A stretch of 55,033 bases of DNA, taken from contig JBATRZ010000062.1 of the NCBI GenBank assembly GCA_049292975.1, positions 1 through 55,033 on the forward strand, in the 5' to 3' direction. Both the position numbers and the translations under genes were made by a program. Origin of the DNA: Candidatus Saccharimonadales bacterium. GTDB taxonomy: Bacteria > Patescibacteriota > Saccharimonadia > Saccharimonadales > JACDBH01. Positions 1-7,059 of the stretch are shown piece by piece. Each line of letters starts with the position of its first letter. The first letter of the stretch is position 1. The notes beneath the pieces were generated by a model. That model did not search any database, was not told the DNA's origin, and saw nothing but the letters and a program-made list of their open reading frames with translations.

Positions 1-308
1 CCGAATCGGGCCTGAGCAGCCTGATACACGCGGCATATGACAGCCTGGGACTGCAGAGCTATCTGACCGCCGGCGAGCAAGAAGTGCGCGCCTGGACCGT
101 AAAAAGGGGTGCCACCGCCCCGCAAGCGGCCGGTGTTATCCACGGTGATTTTGAGCGCGGCTTTATTGCCGCCCAAGTGGTTGATTATCACGATCTGATG
201 GCCGCTGGCTCCGAACAGGCAGCCAAAGCCGCGGGCAAGGTGCGCACCGAGGGCAAGACCTACATAATGCGCCCGGATGACGTTGTAGAGTTTAGATTTA
301 ATGTTTGA
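1..308 (+). CDS. ychF: Ribosome-binding ATPase YchF, C-terminal fragment (5' end upstream of window)
   Basis: The frame of ORF 84..308 stays open to the window edge. The C-terminus ...GVIHGDFERGFIAAQVV...EGKTYIMRPDDVVEFRFNV is the conserved YchF/OLA1 C-terminal domain. Confidence 0.85.
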   Translation, partial: ESGLSSLIHAAYDSLGLQSYLTAGEQEVRAWTVKRGATAPQAAGVIHGDFERGFIAAQVVDYHDLMAAGSEQAAKAAGKVRTEGKTYIMRPDDVVEFRFNV

Positions 309-350
309 GCTGTGGTTTAGCAGCTAAGAGGGCCAGCGCACCGGCAGGAT

Positions 351-884
351 TTAGCGCGGGGTGCCGTTTTGCAGCCCGCCAATGCCAAGCAAGCCAAGCA
401 GCTTACCACCCCGGCGCGGCGCTGCGGCGCGGGCTTTATCGGCCGCATGCGCGGCAGCCTGGCGGGCTTCGATTGCGCGGCCTTCGTCTATGGCCTGGCG
501 TACGTTATCTATGGCCTTGCGGTGCAGCGCGGGAATCTCATCGGTGTCCTGCCAAGGCTCCTTACCTTTGCGCGCCCTCTGCGTCACGCGGCCGGGATAG
601 GCACAGACTAGCGTAGCGGTGCCTTCATCATCCGTAACTTTGAAGGCGTTGTACGGCTCGTGCCTGGTCTTGTACGAGGCAACCCTGACCAGATGGTTGT
701 CTACACGCCTGACGACATCGTAATAGCCGTTATCAAGATCGGCTGCAAACTGATGCAAATATTGTGCCTCGGCCAGCCTATGCTGCTCGGCGGTGGGCCT
801 GGCTGCATGTTCCGCCAACCACTCTTCAGGTATTCCGCCGGATACTGCTGGCTGTAATTCTGCTGGTGTGTTTGCTTGTGTCAT
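351..884 (-). CDS. Hypothetical protein (177 aa)
   Basis: ATG-started ORF fills the gap between neighbouring genes. No recognisable motif. Confidence 0.45.
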   Translation of the reverse strand: MTQANTPAELQPAVSGGIPEEWLAEHAARPTAEQHRLAEAQYLHQFAADLDNGYYDVVRRVDNHLVRVASYKTRHEPYNAFKVTDDEGTATLVCAYPGRVTQRARKGKEPWQDTDEIPALHRKAIDNVRQAIDEGRAIEARQAAAHAADKARAAAPRRGGKLLGLLGIGGLQNGTPR

Positions 885-949
885 ATTTATTGCATTACCT
901 TCCCTGCGGGCTGTAAATTAATAAGTTTTTATAGAATAAATGCCGTGCC

Positions 950-1663
950 CTAACACCTTTCGGCCGGAGTTGAGGCCTGGGCAGAAACTGCGGGCGCCTC
1001 TGGTTTGCGCCAGGTGAAGCGTATGTTGTTCATAATCTTCAGCGCCTCATGTATATCAGGAACCGTATCATCCTCGAAGTAATGACCTTCTACGGATATA
1101 AAATTCTGGGTAACGCCAAGTACGCACAACTCATCAACCTGGATATGCAGCTGGTCCAGCGCGTTGATACTGACGATGGGCACGGCAGCTACGATACGCT
1201 TGACGGCTACGGTCTTTAAATAATCGGCTGCCATGGCGACTGAGAAACCGCTCATCAGCTGGTCTGCCACCAGGATAATCGTCTTATGACGCAAAACAGA
1301 GCGGTCTATATCGCCCTGGTCACCCAGCAGGACATTGAGTTCGTGGTTTTTCTGCATGCGCTGCTCGTCCAGATAGTTGTGGTATTCAGAGACAATCTCT
1401 TCAATTTCACCCGCGCTGAGTAACTCGCTGTATTTAAAGTTGCCGGCAGAACTTAAGCCGGCGGTGGGCTCGATTTCGTTGGGCAAAAATATATGCTTGA
1501 TCTTGTACAGCAGCATGCTGGCGTGCAGCGACATGGCTATCTGCGCGCCCACTACCACCGCACCCTCGCTAAGGCACAAAACCACGGCATCAGTGTCCTG
1601 GTATTTGGCCAGGCGTTCCATTAGGATACGCCCTGCCTGTGCCCTGTTCTTGAAATACAGCAT
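950..1663 (-). CDS. Phosphoribosyltransferase-family protein with degenerate PRPP loop
   Basis: The N-terminus MLYFKNRAQAGRILMERLAKY...AVVLCLSEGAVVVG resembles type-I PRTase-like proteins. The PRPP-loop position reads IILVADQLMSGFS rather than the canonical VDD..TG.T. Start moved to the internal ATG at 1663. Confidence 0.55.
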   Translation of the reverse strand: MLYFKNRAQAGRILMERLAKYQDTDAVVLCLSEGAVVVGAQIAMSLHASMLLYKIKHIFLPNEIEPTAGLSSAGNFKYSELLSAGEIEEIVSEYHNYLDEQRMQKNHELNVLLGDQGDIDRSVLRHKTIILVADQLMSGFSVAMAADYLKTVAVKRIVAAVPIVSINALDQLHIQVDELCVLGVTQNFISVEGHYFEDDTVPDIHEALKIMNNIRFTWRKPEAPAVSAQASTPAERC

Positions 1664-1917
1664 TGTGCTTATCCTACCACCACAGGCATGCACCAGGCCA
1701 GCAAACCGTGCAAAGCACGGACTTGCCTGGCATTCGTGGCGCGTGACTTTGTTACTAGCTTATCAGTACGTCCTCGCTGTACTTCAGTACGGCTCCGGGC
1801 GCCTGCAAGCTGGAATCGTAGCTCTTTTGCAGCGCAGCGAGCTCAGCTCGCTGGCAGGCAAAAGAGAGACTATGTTGCCGCGTCGCGCATCCACGTGCAA
1901 ACCTGTGGACGCAAACC

Positions 1918-2472
1918 TCAGGTATGAAACCTCGAGACCCTGCGTCTCATCATCAATGGGACTTTGGTGTACGGGTTGGTTATGCGGTGCTCGATAGCAT
2001 TGACGGGCTGGGTGTAACCGCTGACGGGTGTTTGGATAAAAGTACCCATCATATTCTGCTCATAGAACGGCATCATATGCTGCTGGCGGAACTCCATTAC
2101 GCGGTTTTGCAGGTAGGACGTAGCCTTGCGCAGCAGCTGCGCCTTGAGTGCGGTGAAGATCAGCTTTTTATTGACGGTGCAGACGGTAATGGTAGCGTCT
2201 AACAGGCGCTGGCTAAAGTCTACCTCGGATACCATGTCGTAGCGGACATCCTCGAGCGTCAGGTAAAACGGCTTCTTATCTACCAGAACTACGCGCTGGT
2301 CGGTGATGCAAAGCATGGCAAAGCCGCCCTCGTAGCGGCCGTTTAGGCAGTACACGATGTTTTCGCCGGGTACTAAAATGTGTTCCAGCTCTTTCACCTC
2401 GGCCCTGCCCCAGAAACGGAACTCGGCACCGATAGCTTTAAGCTGGCGCTCAATCTCTTGGTGTGTCACCAT
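1918..2472 (-). CDS. Bacterial PH-domain (YokE-like) protein
   Basis: ...LVPGENIVYCLNGRYEGGFAMLCITDQRVVLVDKKPF...ATITVCT resembles bacterial PH (bPH) domains. An AAGGGGAG Shine-Dalgarno sequence favours the ATG at 2472. Confidence 0.55.
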   Translation of the reverse strand: MVTHQEIERQLKAIGAEFRFWGRAEVKELEHILVPGENIVYCLNGRYEGGFAMLCITDQRVVLVDKKPFYLTLEDVRYDMVSEVDFSQRLLDATITVCTVNKKLIFTALKAQLLRKATSYLQNRVMEFRQQHMMPFYEQNMMGTFIQTPVSGYTQPVNAIEHRITNPYTKVPLMMRRRVSRFHT

Positions 2473-2640
2473 GGCTGCCATCTCCCCTTACGTTGCAAGC
2501 CTATGGTACGCGGTATTTGCGGGCATAGCAGTACGCTTGCTCACGCGGCGGCTGTGATATTTATCAACCCTGCTACATTTACTGCGTATAATAAGAAATT
2601 TTCTTGCATGTGCGGCCCCCTACATTGCTTACACTCTATC

Positions 2641-2649
2641 TGATATAAT
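2641..2649 (+). promoter_or_regulatory. Extended -10 promoter element abutting the crp-family start codon
   Basis: TGATATAAT ends 6 nt before the ATG at 2656. No Shine-Dalgarno sequence. Confidence 0.45.
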
Positions 2650-2655
2650 CTGGGT

Positions 2656-3306
2656 ATGTTGGCTTGGAGTGAACAAGAAGCTGCACTGCTGGAGCTTTTT
2701 CATCAAGGTACCCACCTTAAATATAAAAAAGGTGAATTCATCATCCGGCCCGGCGAATCCCCGCCGGGTGTTTTTTATATAGAATCAGGTATCGTCAAGG
2801 CGTACGATATCACCAAATACGGCGAAGAGAACCTGCTTATTATCCGCAAAGAACAGGAAATATTCCCGCTTATCTGGGCTATCACCGGCCAGGAACGCCA
2901 CGTAATCTATGAAGCCCTGATCGCTACAGCCGTGTGGCGGATAGACCGCGGGCAGCTGCTGGAGCTAATGCAGGATAATCCCGCTGTGCTGGCGCCTTTG
3001 CTGGACATGACGGTAGAGATGTACCGCATACATAGCGAGCGCATCATAAATCTGGAATACCGCTCGGTACGGGAACGGCTGATATCGTTCCTGCTGACAA
3101 TGAGTACGCGCTTTGGCCAGAAAGAAAACGGCGGCATGCGCATTGACGTGCCGCTAAGACAGCAGGACATCGCCAGTTCCATAAACTCCACCCGCGAGAC
3201 AACTAGCCGCGAACTCACAGCACTAGAGAAAAAAGGCCTTATCAAGGCTGCTGATTCATTTATTACCATTACGGATGAGAAGGAGCTTAGGGATTATCTG
3301 CACTAG
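2656..3306 (+). CDS. Crp/Fnr-family transcriptional regulator
   Basis: A cNMP-binding-like N-terminal domain (FIIRPGESPPGVFYIESGIVK) is followed by a C-terminal HTH (QQDIASSINSTRETTSRELTALEKKGLI). Confidence 0.85.
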   Translation: MLAWSEQEAALLELFHQGTHLKYKKGEFIIRPGESPPGVFYIESGIVKAYDITKYGEENLLIIRKEQEIFPLIWAITGQERHVIYEALIATAVWRIDRGQLLELMQDNPAVLAPLLDMTVEMYRIHSERIINLEYRSVRERLISFLLTMSTRFGQKENGGMRIDVPLRQQDIASSINSTRETTSRELTALEKKGLIKAADSFITITDEKELRDYLH

Positions 3307-3311
3307 AATTC

Positions 3312-3386
3312 TGGAGAGGGGAGTATCCCCTCTCCACGTGCCGGGCACTGGCATAGCCAGATGCTCGGACTGCTCTCCCCTAGCCC
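3312..3386. repeat. Structured repeat, copy A (variable hairpin plus conserved hairpin plus ACTGCTCT tail)
   Basis: TGGAGAGGGGA-GTA-TCCCCTCTCCA, then CGTG-CCGGGCA-CTGGC-ATA-GCCAG-A-TGCTCGG-ACTGCTCTCCCCTAGCCC. Confidence 0.8.
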
Positions 3387-4297
3387 AGAAGCTTCAACAA
3401 GTAGAAGCGTTCGCGGTTGCCCTTGGCGCCCGCTACTTCGCTGTCGGCTTTGTCTATGATAATAAAGTACTGGTTTAGCCAGGTTTCGAAGTCTTTTAGG
3501 ATGGCACGGCGTATCTTGTCGTTCTTAATGACGCCCTTGTGCAGCGACCTACGCGCCTCACGGACTTGTCGAGCGGCAGAGCCACTCGCCCTGCCCGTGC
3601 TTTTGGCGCCGAGAGCCGTTTTTCCTCTGTGGTACTCGGGCAAAGTATCATCAATACTCCCCCCTCCGTTCCTCGAGGAAAAAACGGCTTCGGCATCCAA
3701 ACGCGAAGGTCGTTGAAGCTCAGCAATGATTTCGAACTGCGGCTTGCACATAGCGGCTATTTGCGTGTTAGGACCAGAGATTTTAGCCACATACGGCAGG
3801 ATTTCCCGCAATGATATGAAGCTTACATCCATCACAATTATGTCCGGCCGCTCACCCACCCCACCCTCTTTGTGAGAGGACAGTCCTCTCACATAATCGC
3901 GGATGTCGGTCTGCTCGTGCAATTCGATCTGCGGGTGGCCCACAAGTGTTGGGTGCAGCTGGTTGGTACCTACGTCTACTGCGATGACTTTTGCGGCACC
4001 GTTTTTTAGCGCAAAGTCGGTAAAACCGCCGGTGCTGCTGCCAACATCTAGCACTATTTTATCCTTGAATTGCAGCTTCAGCACGCGGGCGACACTGGCC
4101 AGCTTAAGCCCTGCCCGGCTGACATATTGGACTTTGGCAATAAGCCTGATGTCTGCGTCTTCAGAGACAATTGTACCTGGCTTGGTAAGGATGGTACCGT
4201 TTACGCGTACCTGACCGAGCTTGATAAAGCTTTCGGCCTGGCTACGCGTAGGCACCAACCCTGCCTCAGTCATGAGCTGGTCTAGGCGCTTCTTCAT
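3380..4297 (-). CDS. tlyA: TlyA-family rRNA 2'-O-methyltransferase carrying two in-frame insertions
   Basis: An S4 domain (RLDQLMTEAGLVPTRSQAESFIKLGQVRVNG), the SAM motif VLDVGSSTGGFTDF, DVSFISL and KPQFE are present. The protein is about 50 aa longer than typical TlyA. Confidence 0.85.
   Translation of the reverse strand: MKKRLDQLMTEAGLVPTRSQAESFIKLGQVRVNGTILTKPGTIVSEDADIRLIAKVQYVSRAGLKLASVARVLKLQFKDKIVLDVGSSTGGFTDFALKNGAAKVIAVDVGTNQLHPTLVGHPQIELHEQTDIRDYVRGLSSHKEGGVGERPDIIVMDVSFISLREILPYVAKISGPNTQIAAMCKPQFEIIAELQRPSRLDAEAVFSSRNGGGSIDDTLPEYHRGKTALGAKSTGRASGSAARQVREARRSLHKGVIKNDKIRRAILKDFETWLNQYFIIIDKADSEVAGAKGNRERFYLLKLLG
3546..3711. repeat. Roughly 166-bp nested imperfect palindrome, in frame in tlyA
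   Basis: Three arm pairs nest inside each other. 3608-3627 (GCCGAGAGCCGTTTTTCCTC) pairs with 3675-3694 (GAGGAAAAAACGGCTTCGGC). 3602-3606 pairs with 3697-3701. 3546-3555 (GACCTACGCG) pairs with 3702-3711 (CGCGAAGGTC). Confidence 0.7.
3872..3892. repeat. 21-nt perfect palindrome GTGAGAGGAC-A-GTCCTCTCAC, in frame in tlyA
   Basis: Read directly from the sequence. 10-nt arms with a single central base. Encodes VRGLSSH. Confidence 0.95.
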
Positions 4298-4300
4298 TGG

Positions 4301-4867
4301 CTAGTCCTTTTTACGTTCACGGTAGGCACCGGTGGCGGTATCTACGCTGATGACATCACCTTGCTTTATAAAAGCCGGTACCTTGACCGTAATGCCGGTC
4401 TCGAGCGTAGCATCTTTGAGCACAGAACTGGTCGTATCGCCTTTTACCACGCTCTCGGTGTAGGTTACTTCCAGATAGACATTCTTGGGCAACTCCACGT
4501 TAATGACATGGCCGTCGAATAGCTGGGCTATGACGTTATCGCCTTCTTTCAGATAGCCTGCTTGGCCGCCGATGATGTCACTGGCGATTTCGAACTGTTC
4601 GAACGTGTCATTGTTCATAAAGAAGTAGGTACTGCCGTCGTTATATAGATACTGTACGGTCTGATTACTCACGTCAGCCGGCTCGATGGACTCGTTGCCT
4701 TTAAAGGTCTTGGCTAATACCTTGCCGTCGCGCAGGCTCTTAATCTTTACGTTCACGATGGAGCCGCCGCGGCCCATTACCTTCTGGCCGTATTCCACAA
4801 CGCGGAACGGTTCACCATCCATCTGGAACAGGGTTCCCTTTTTTAAATCAGTAATACCAAATGCCAT
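4301..4867 (-). CDS. efp: Elongation factor P
   Basis: DLKKGTLFQMDGEPFRVVEYGQKVMGRGGSIVNVKIKSL... is the typical EF-P N-terminus, and the 188-aa length fits. Confidence 0.95.
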   Translation of the reverse strand: MAFGITDLKKGTLFQMDGEPFRVVEYGQKVMGRGGSIVNVKIKSLRDGKVLAKTFKGNESIEPADVSNQTVQYLYNDGSTYFFMNNDTFEQFEIASDIIGGQAGYLKEGDNVIAQLFDGHVINVELPKNVYLEVTYTESVVKGDTTSSVLKDATLETGITVKVPAFIKQGDVISVDTATGAYRERKKD

Positions 4868-4948
4868 TAGAAAATCTCCGATTTTATATTTGATAGATAA
4901 TATTTGATATTTGAGAAGGAGAAAACGTTTAACACTGTTAGTGTGTTG

Positions 4949-5269
4949 CTATTTCCCATTGTTTTCGCGCTCGATTGCCGCCCAGATATCATCGGTAAGT
5001 TTGTAATAACCGGCTATCTCGGCTTCGCTTATGAGTCCTGTCACGCCAGCCGCGTCAATGCCTGCCGCGACCTCTTCATGACGGGCCATGATTTGTTCGT
5101 AAGATTGTTGCTTGGCCAGTTCCTCGCTTAGCTGCACTATATCCTTACGTAGCTGCTGGAGCATACTCTCCTTAGACGTTGTGCCAAAGATAGCCGCTGC
5201 ATCATTCAGCTTTATGCCGGTAATCTTATCAAATAGTTCCTTGTTGAGTTCAGCAGCGGTCTTCTTCAT
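4949..5269 (-). CDS. Hypothetical protein (106 aa, predicted helical)
   Basis: ATG-started ORF packed tightly with its neighbours. No motif recognised. Confidence 0.45.
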   Translation of the reverse strand: MKKTAAELNKELFDKITGIKLNDAAAIFGTTSKESMLQQLRKDIVQLSEELAKQQSYEQIMARHEEVAAGIDAAGVTGLISEAEIAGYYKLTDDIWAAIERENNGK

Positions 5270-5273
5270 ATTA

Positions 5274-5606
5274 CTATTGTAGTCTCTCTTTTATGTGTTC
5301 GGCCAGTGCGCTCAGGTGCGCCACATCCGCCGGACCGAGTAAATCGTATTGGCTGGCTATCAGTATTTGCTCGTTTAACAGATGTGACTGCTCTACTGCC
5401 GCGTCCAGGAACATTTGTTGTTCGGCCGAATCATCGGCATGAAAATACCGTTCGGTATTGATGCGTAAATTGTAGGCACTTTCCTGCACAGCTATCATAG
5501 CCTTGCGCGGTTCGCTGGATAGCGTATTGAATTGCTTTGCCGCCGGCAGGGTCATGATGTACTTTTCGAGCTTTCTCGCCACCTGTGGCAGCGTCAGATC
5601 TTCCAT
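5274..5606 (-). CDS. Hypothetical protein (110 aa, predicted helical)
   Basis: ATG-started ORF lying 4 nt upstream of the next gene. No motif recognised. Confidence 0.45.
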   Translation of the reverse strand: MEDLTLPQVARKLEKYIMTLPAAKQFNTLSSEPRKAMIAVQESAYNLRINTERYFHADDSAEQQMFLDAAVEQSHLLNEQILIASQYDLLGPADVAHLSALAEHIKERLQ

Positions 5607-5621
5607 AAAGAGATTATTGAA

Positions 5622-5644
5622 TACAGATTACTGATTAGAGAATC
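5622..5644. repeat. Left inverted-repeat arm bracketing four-helix-bundle gene 1
   Basis: TACAGATTACTGATTAGAGAATC matches the reverse complement of 6016-6038 at 18 of 23 positions. It overlaps the stop codon. Confidence 0.6.
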
Positions 5645-6018
5645 TGCTTCACCCTCCTGTTCTGCTTATTAGCTTTTTGTAATCCTGCAAGTATTCTTTG
5701 TGCCTCATCAATTTGAAGCAATGTTTTTACACTTAGCTCTTCGCTTATGTAGCCAATGCCTTTTGCGATCAGGTACTGGCACTCGAGTTCTGTCAGAGAA
5801 CCTTTTGCTATCGCATAGAACTGATCTTTTTCCTTTGGACCAAATCTACCAAAACCTTCTGCAATATTTGAGCAAACAGACACCGCTGCTCTACGCATTT
5901 GACTTACCAAGCCGAATAACTCAGATTTTGGAAATTCTTTCGTTATCTCGTAAGTAAGTAGCGAAATTTCATAGGTCTTTTGCCATACGACCAAGTCTTT
6001 AAAGTTAGCTGCAGCCAT
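5635..6018 (-). CDS. Four helix bundle protein (23S rRNA intervening-sequence protein family)
   Basis: FKDLVVWQKTYEISLLTYEITKEFPKSELFGLVSQMRRAAVSVCSNIAEGFGR...AKGSLTELECQ is the hallmark of the PF05635/TIGR02436 family. GC content is lower than in the flanks. Confidence 0.85.
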   Translation of the reverse strand: MAAANFKDLVVWQKTYEISLLTYEITKEFPKSELFGLVSQMRRAAVSVCSNIAEGFGRFGPKEKDQFYAIAKGSLTELECQYLIAKGIGYISEELSVKTLLQIDEAQRILAGLQKANKQNRRVKQIL

Positions 6019-6038
6019 TCTGTAATCTCAAATCTGTA
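6016..6038. repeat. Right inverted-repeat arm bracketing four-helix-bundle gene 1
   Basis: CATTCTGTAATCTCAAATCTGTA is built from CTGTAAT/CTCAAAT heptamer words. It overlaps the start codon. Confidence 0.6.
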
Positions 6039-6052
6039 ATCTAGCTTCTTTA

Positions 6053-6256
6053 CTAGCTGTTAGCCACAAAAGGCATCAGGGCAAGGTGGCGGGCACGCTT
6101 GATAGCGCGGGCCAGCTGGCGCTGCTGTGACTCGGCCAGGCCCGTCTTCTTGCGGGTTTCGATCTGGCCAAACTGATTAACGTAGCGCTGCAAGGTCTTG
6201 AAGTCCTTGTAGTCAAAATATGCTACATCTGTACGGTGTTTAAATATTTTAGCCAT
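6053..6256 (-). CDS. rpsR: 30S ribosomal protein S18
   Basis: ...DYKDFKTLQRYVNQFGQIETRKKTGLAESQQRQLARAIKRARHLALMPF is the bS18 signature. Confidence 0.9.
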   Translation of the reverse strand: MAKIFKHRTDVAYFDYKDFKTLQRYVNQFGQIETRKKTGLAESQQRQLARAIKRARHLALMPFVANS

Positions 6257-6266
6257 AAATTTACGC

Positions 6267-6349
6267 GGGGCTTATGAGAAAACCTAGGTTTTCTCATCGT
6301 GCCGGGCAGCGGCAAAGCCGCATGCTCGGACTGCTCTTTCCTAAGCCCC
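6267..6349. repeat. Structured repeat, copy B
   Basis: GGGGCTTA / ATGAGAAAACC-TA-GGTTTTCTCAT / CGTG-CCGGGCA-GCGGC-AAA-GCCGC-A-TGCTCGG-ACTGCTCTTTCC-TAAGCCCC. The upper stem differs from copy A by compensatory changes. Confidence 0.8.
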
Positions 6350-6410
6350 TCTCCTTTCTAAAGTTTGCTTATTAATGTAAATGGGTTTTAGGCAATTTTG
6401 GCTAGTGCAG

Positions 6411-6489
6411 CTGGGAGTCAAGGCCGAGCACAAAGTTTGAGCCGTATTGAACATACGGTGAAAACTTTTGACGCAGGCCTTGGCCCCAG
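6411..6489. other. 79-nt extended hairpin in the ssb-rpsR spacer
   Basis: CTGGGAGTCAAGGCC..CAAAGTTT..CCGTAT-TGAAC-ATACGG..AAACTTTTG..GGCCTTGGCCCCAG, with symmetric internal loops. Confidence 0.6.
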
Positions 6490-6508
6490 ATGTGCAGCCT
6501 AAAATTGA

Positions 6509-6976
6509 CTAAAACGGGATGTCGTCGAGGTTGATGGGTTCATCGCCGATGTCTTCTATGACCACGTCGTCGGCTTGCTTCTTGCTTGGGCTTGGGCGGC
6601 TGCTGCCGCCATCGCTGGAGCCGCCGCCTTCATTACCGTCGCGGCCGCCCAGGAATGTTACGTCAGTAGCGTTTACCTCGAGCTTGCTGCGCTTTTGGCC
6701 GGTAGTCTTGTCTTCCCAGCTGCTGGATTGCAGGCGGCCGTTTACCAGACACGGGCGGCCTTTGCTCAGGTACTGGGCTACCCGTTCGCCCAGCGGGCCC
6801 CAGGCAACCACGTCTACGTAATCGGTCACCTCTTGCCAGTTACCATCGGCGCCCTTGTAGCTGCGGTTCAGCGCAAGGCTGAAACTGCAAACGGATTGGC
6901 CGCTGGGTATTGTCCTAAGTTCTGGGTCGCGGGTTAGGTTACCCATTAAAATTACTTGGTTAAAACTACGTGCCAT
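6509..6976 (-). CDS. ssb: Single-stranded DNA-binding protein
   Basis: OB-fold N-terminus MARSFNQVILMGNLTRDPELR, a Gly/Ser-rich linker and an acidic tip ending DDIPF. An AAGGAGG Shine-Dalgarno sequence lies upstream. Confidence 0.95.
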   Translation of the reverse strand: MARSFNQVILMGNLTRDPELRTIPSGQSVCSFSLALNRSYKGADGNWQEVTDYVDVVAWGPLGERVAQYLSKGRPCLVNGRLQSSSWEDKTTGQKRSKLEVNATDVTFLGGRDGNEGGGSSDGGSSRPSPSKKQADDVVIEDIGDEPINLDDIPF

Positions 6977-7059
6977 ATGGCATCCTCCTTCTTAAAGGAA
7001 CTATGTCCTCACAATTTATTTGTACTATTTAAGGTACGCTCTTGGCCAGCTTAGTGCAA

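Noticed and set aside
305-616. Plus-strand ORFs 305..616, 361..600 and 369..611, and dozens of similar 60-200-aa ORFs antisense to or overlapping the long genes (for example within ftsK, rnj, pnp, the DHH-like gene, polA, dnaG and the surface protein)
   Set aside because: They are Arg/Ala/Pro/Ser-rich, lack motifs, and are fully nested in confidently assigned genes on the other strand or in another frame. This is typical of shadow ORFs in moderately GC-rich DNA.
5635-6018. Possibility that the four-helix-bundle genes are Avd components of a diversity-generating retroelement
   Set aside because: No reverse transcriptase and no template/variable repeat pair with A-specific differences could be found anywhere in the window.
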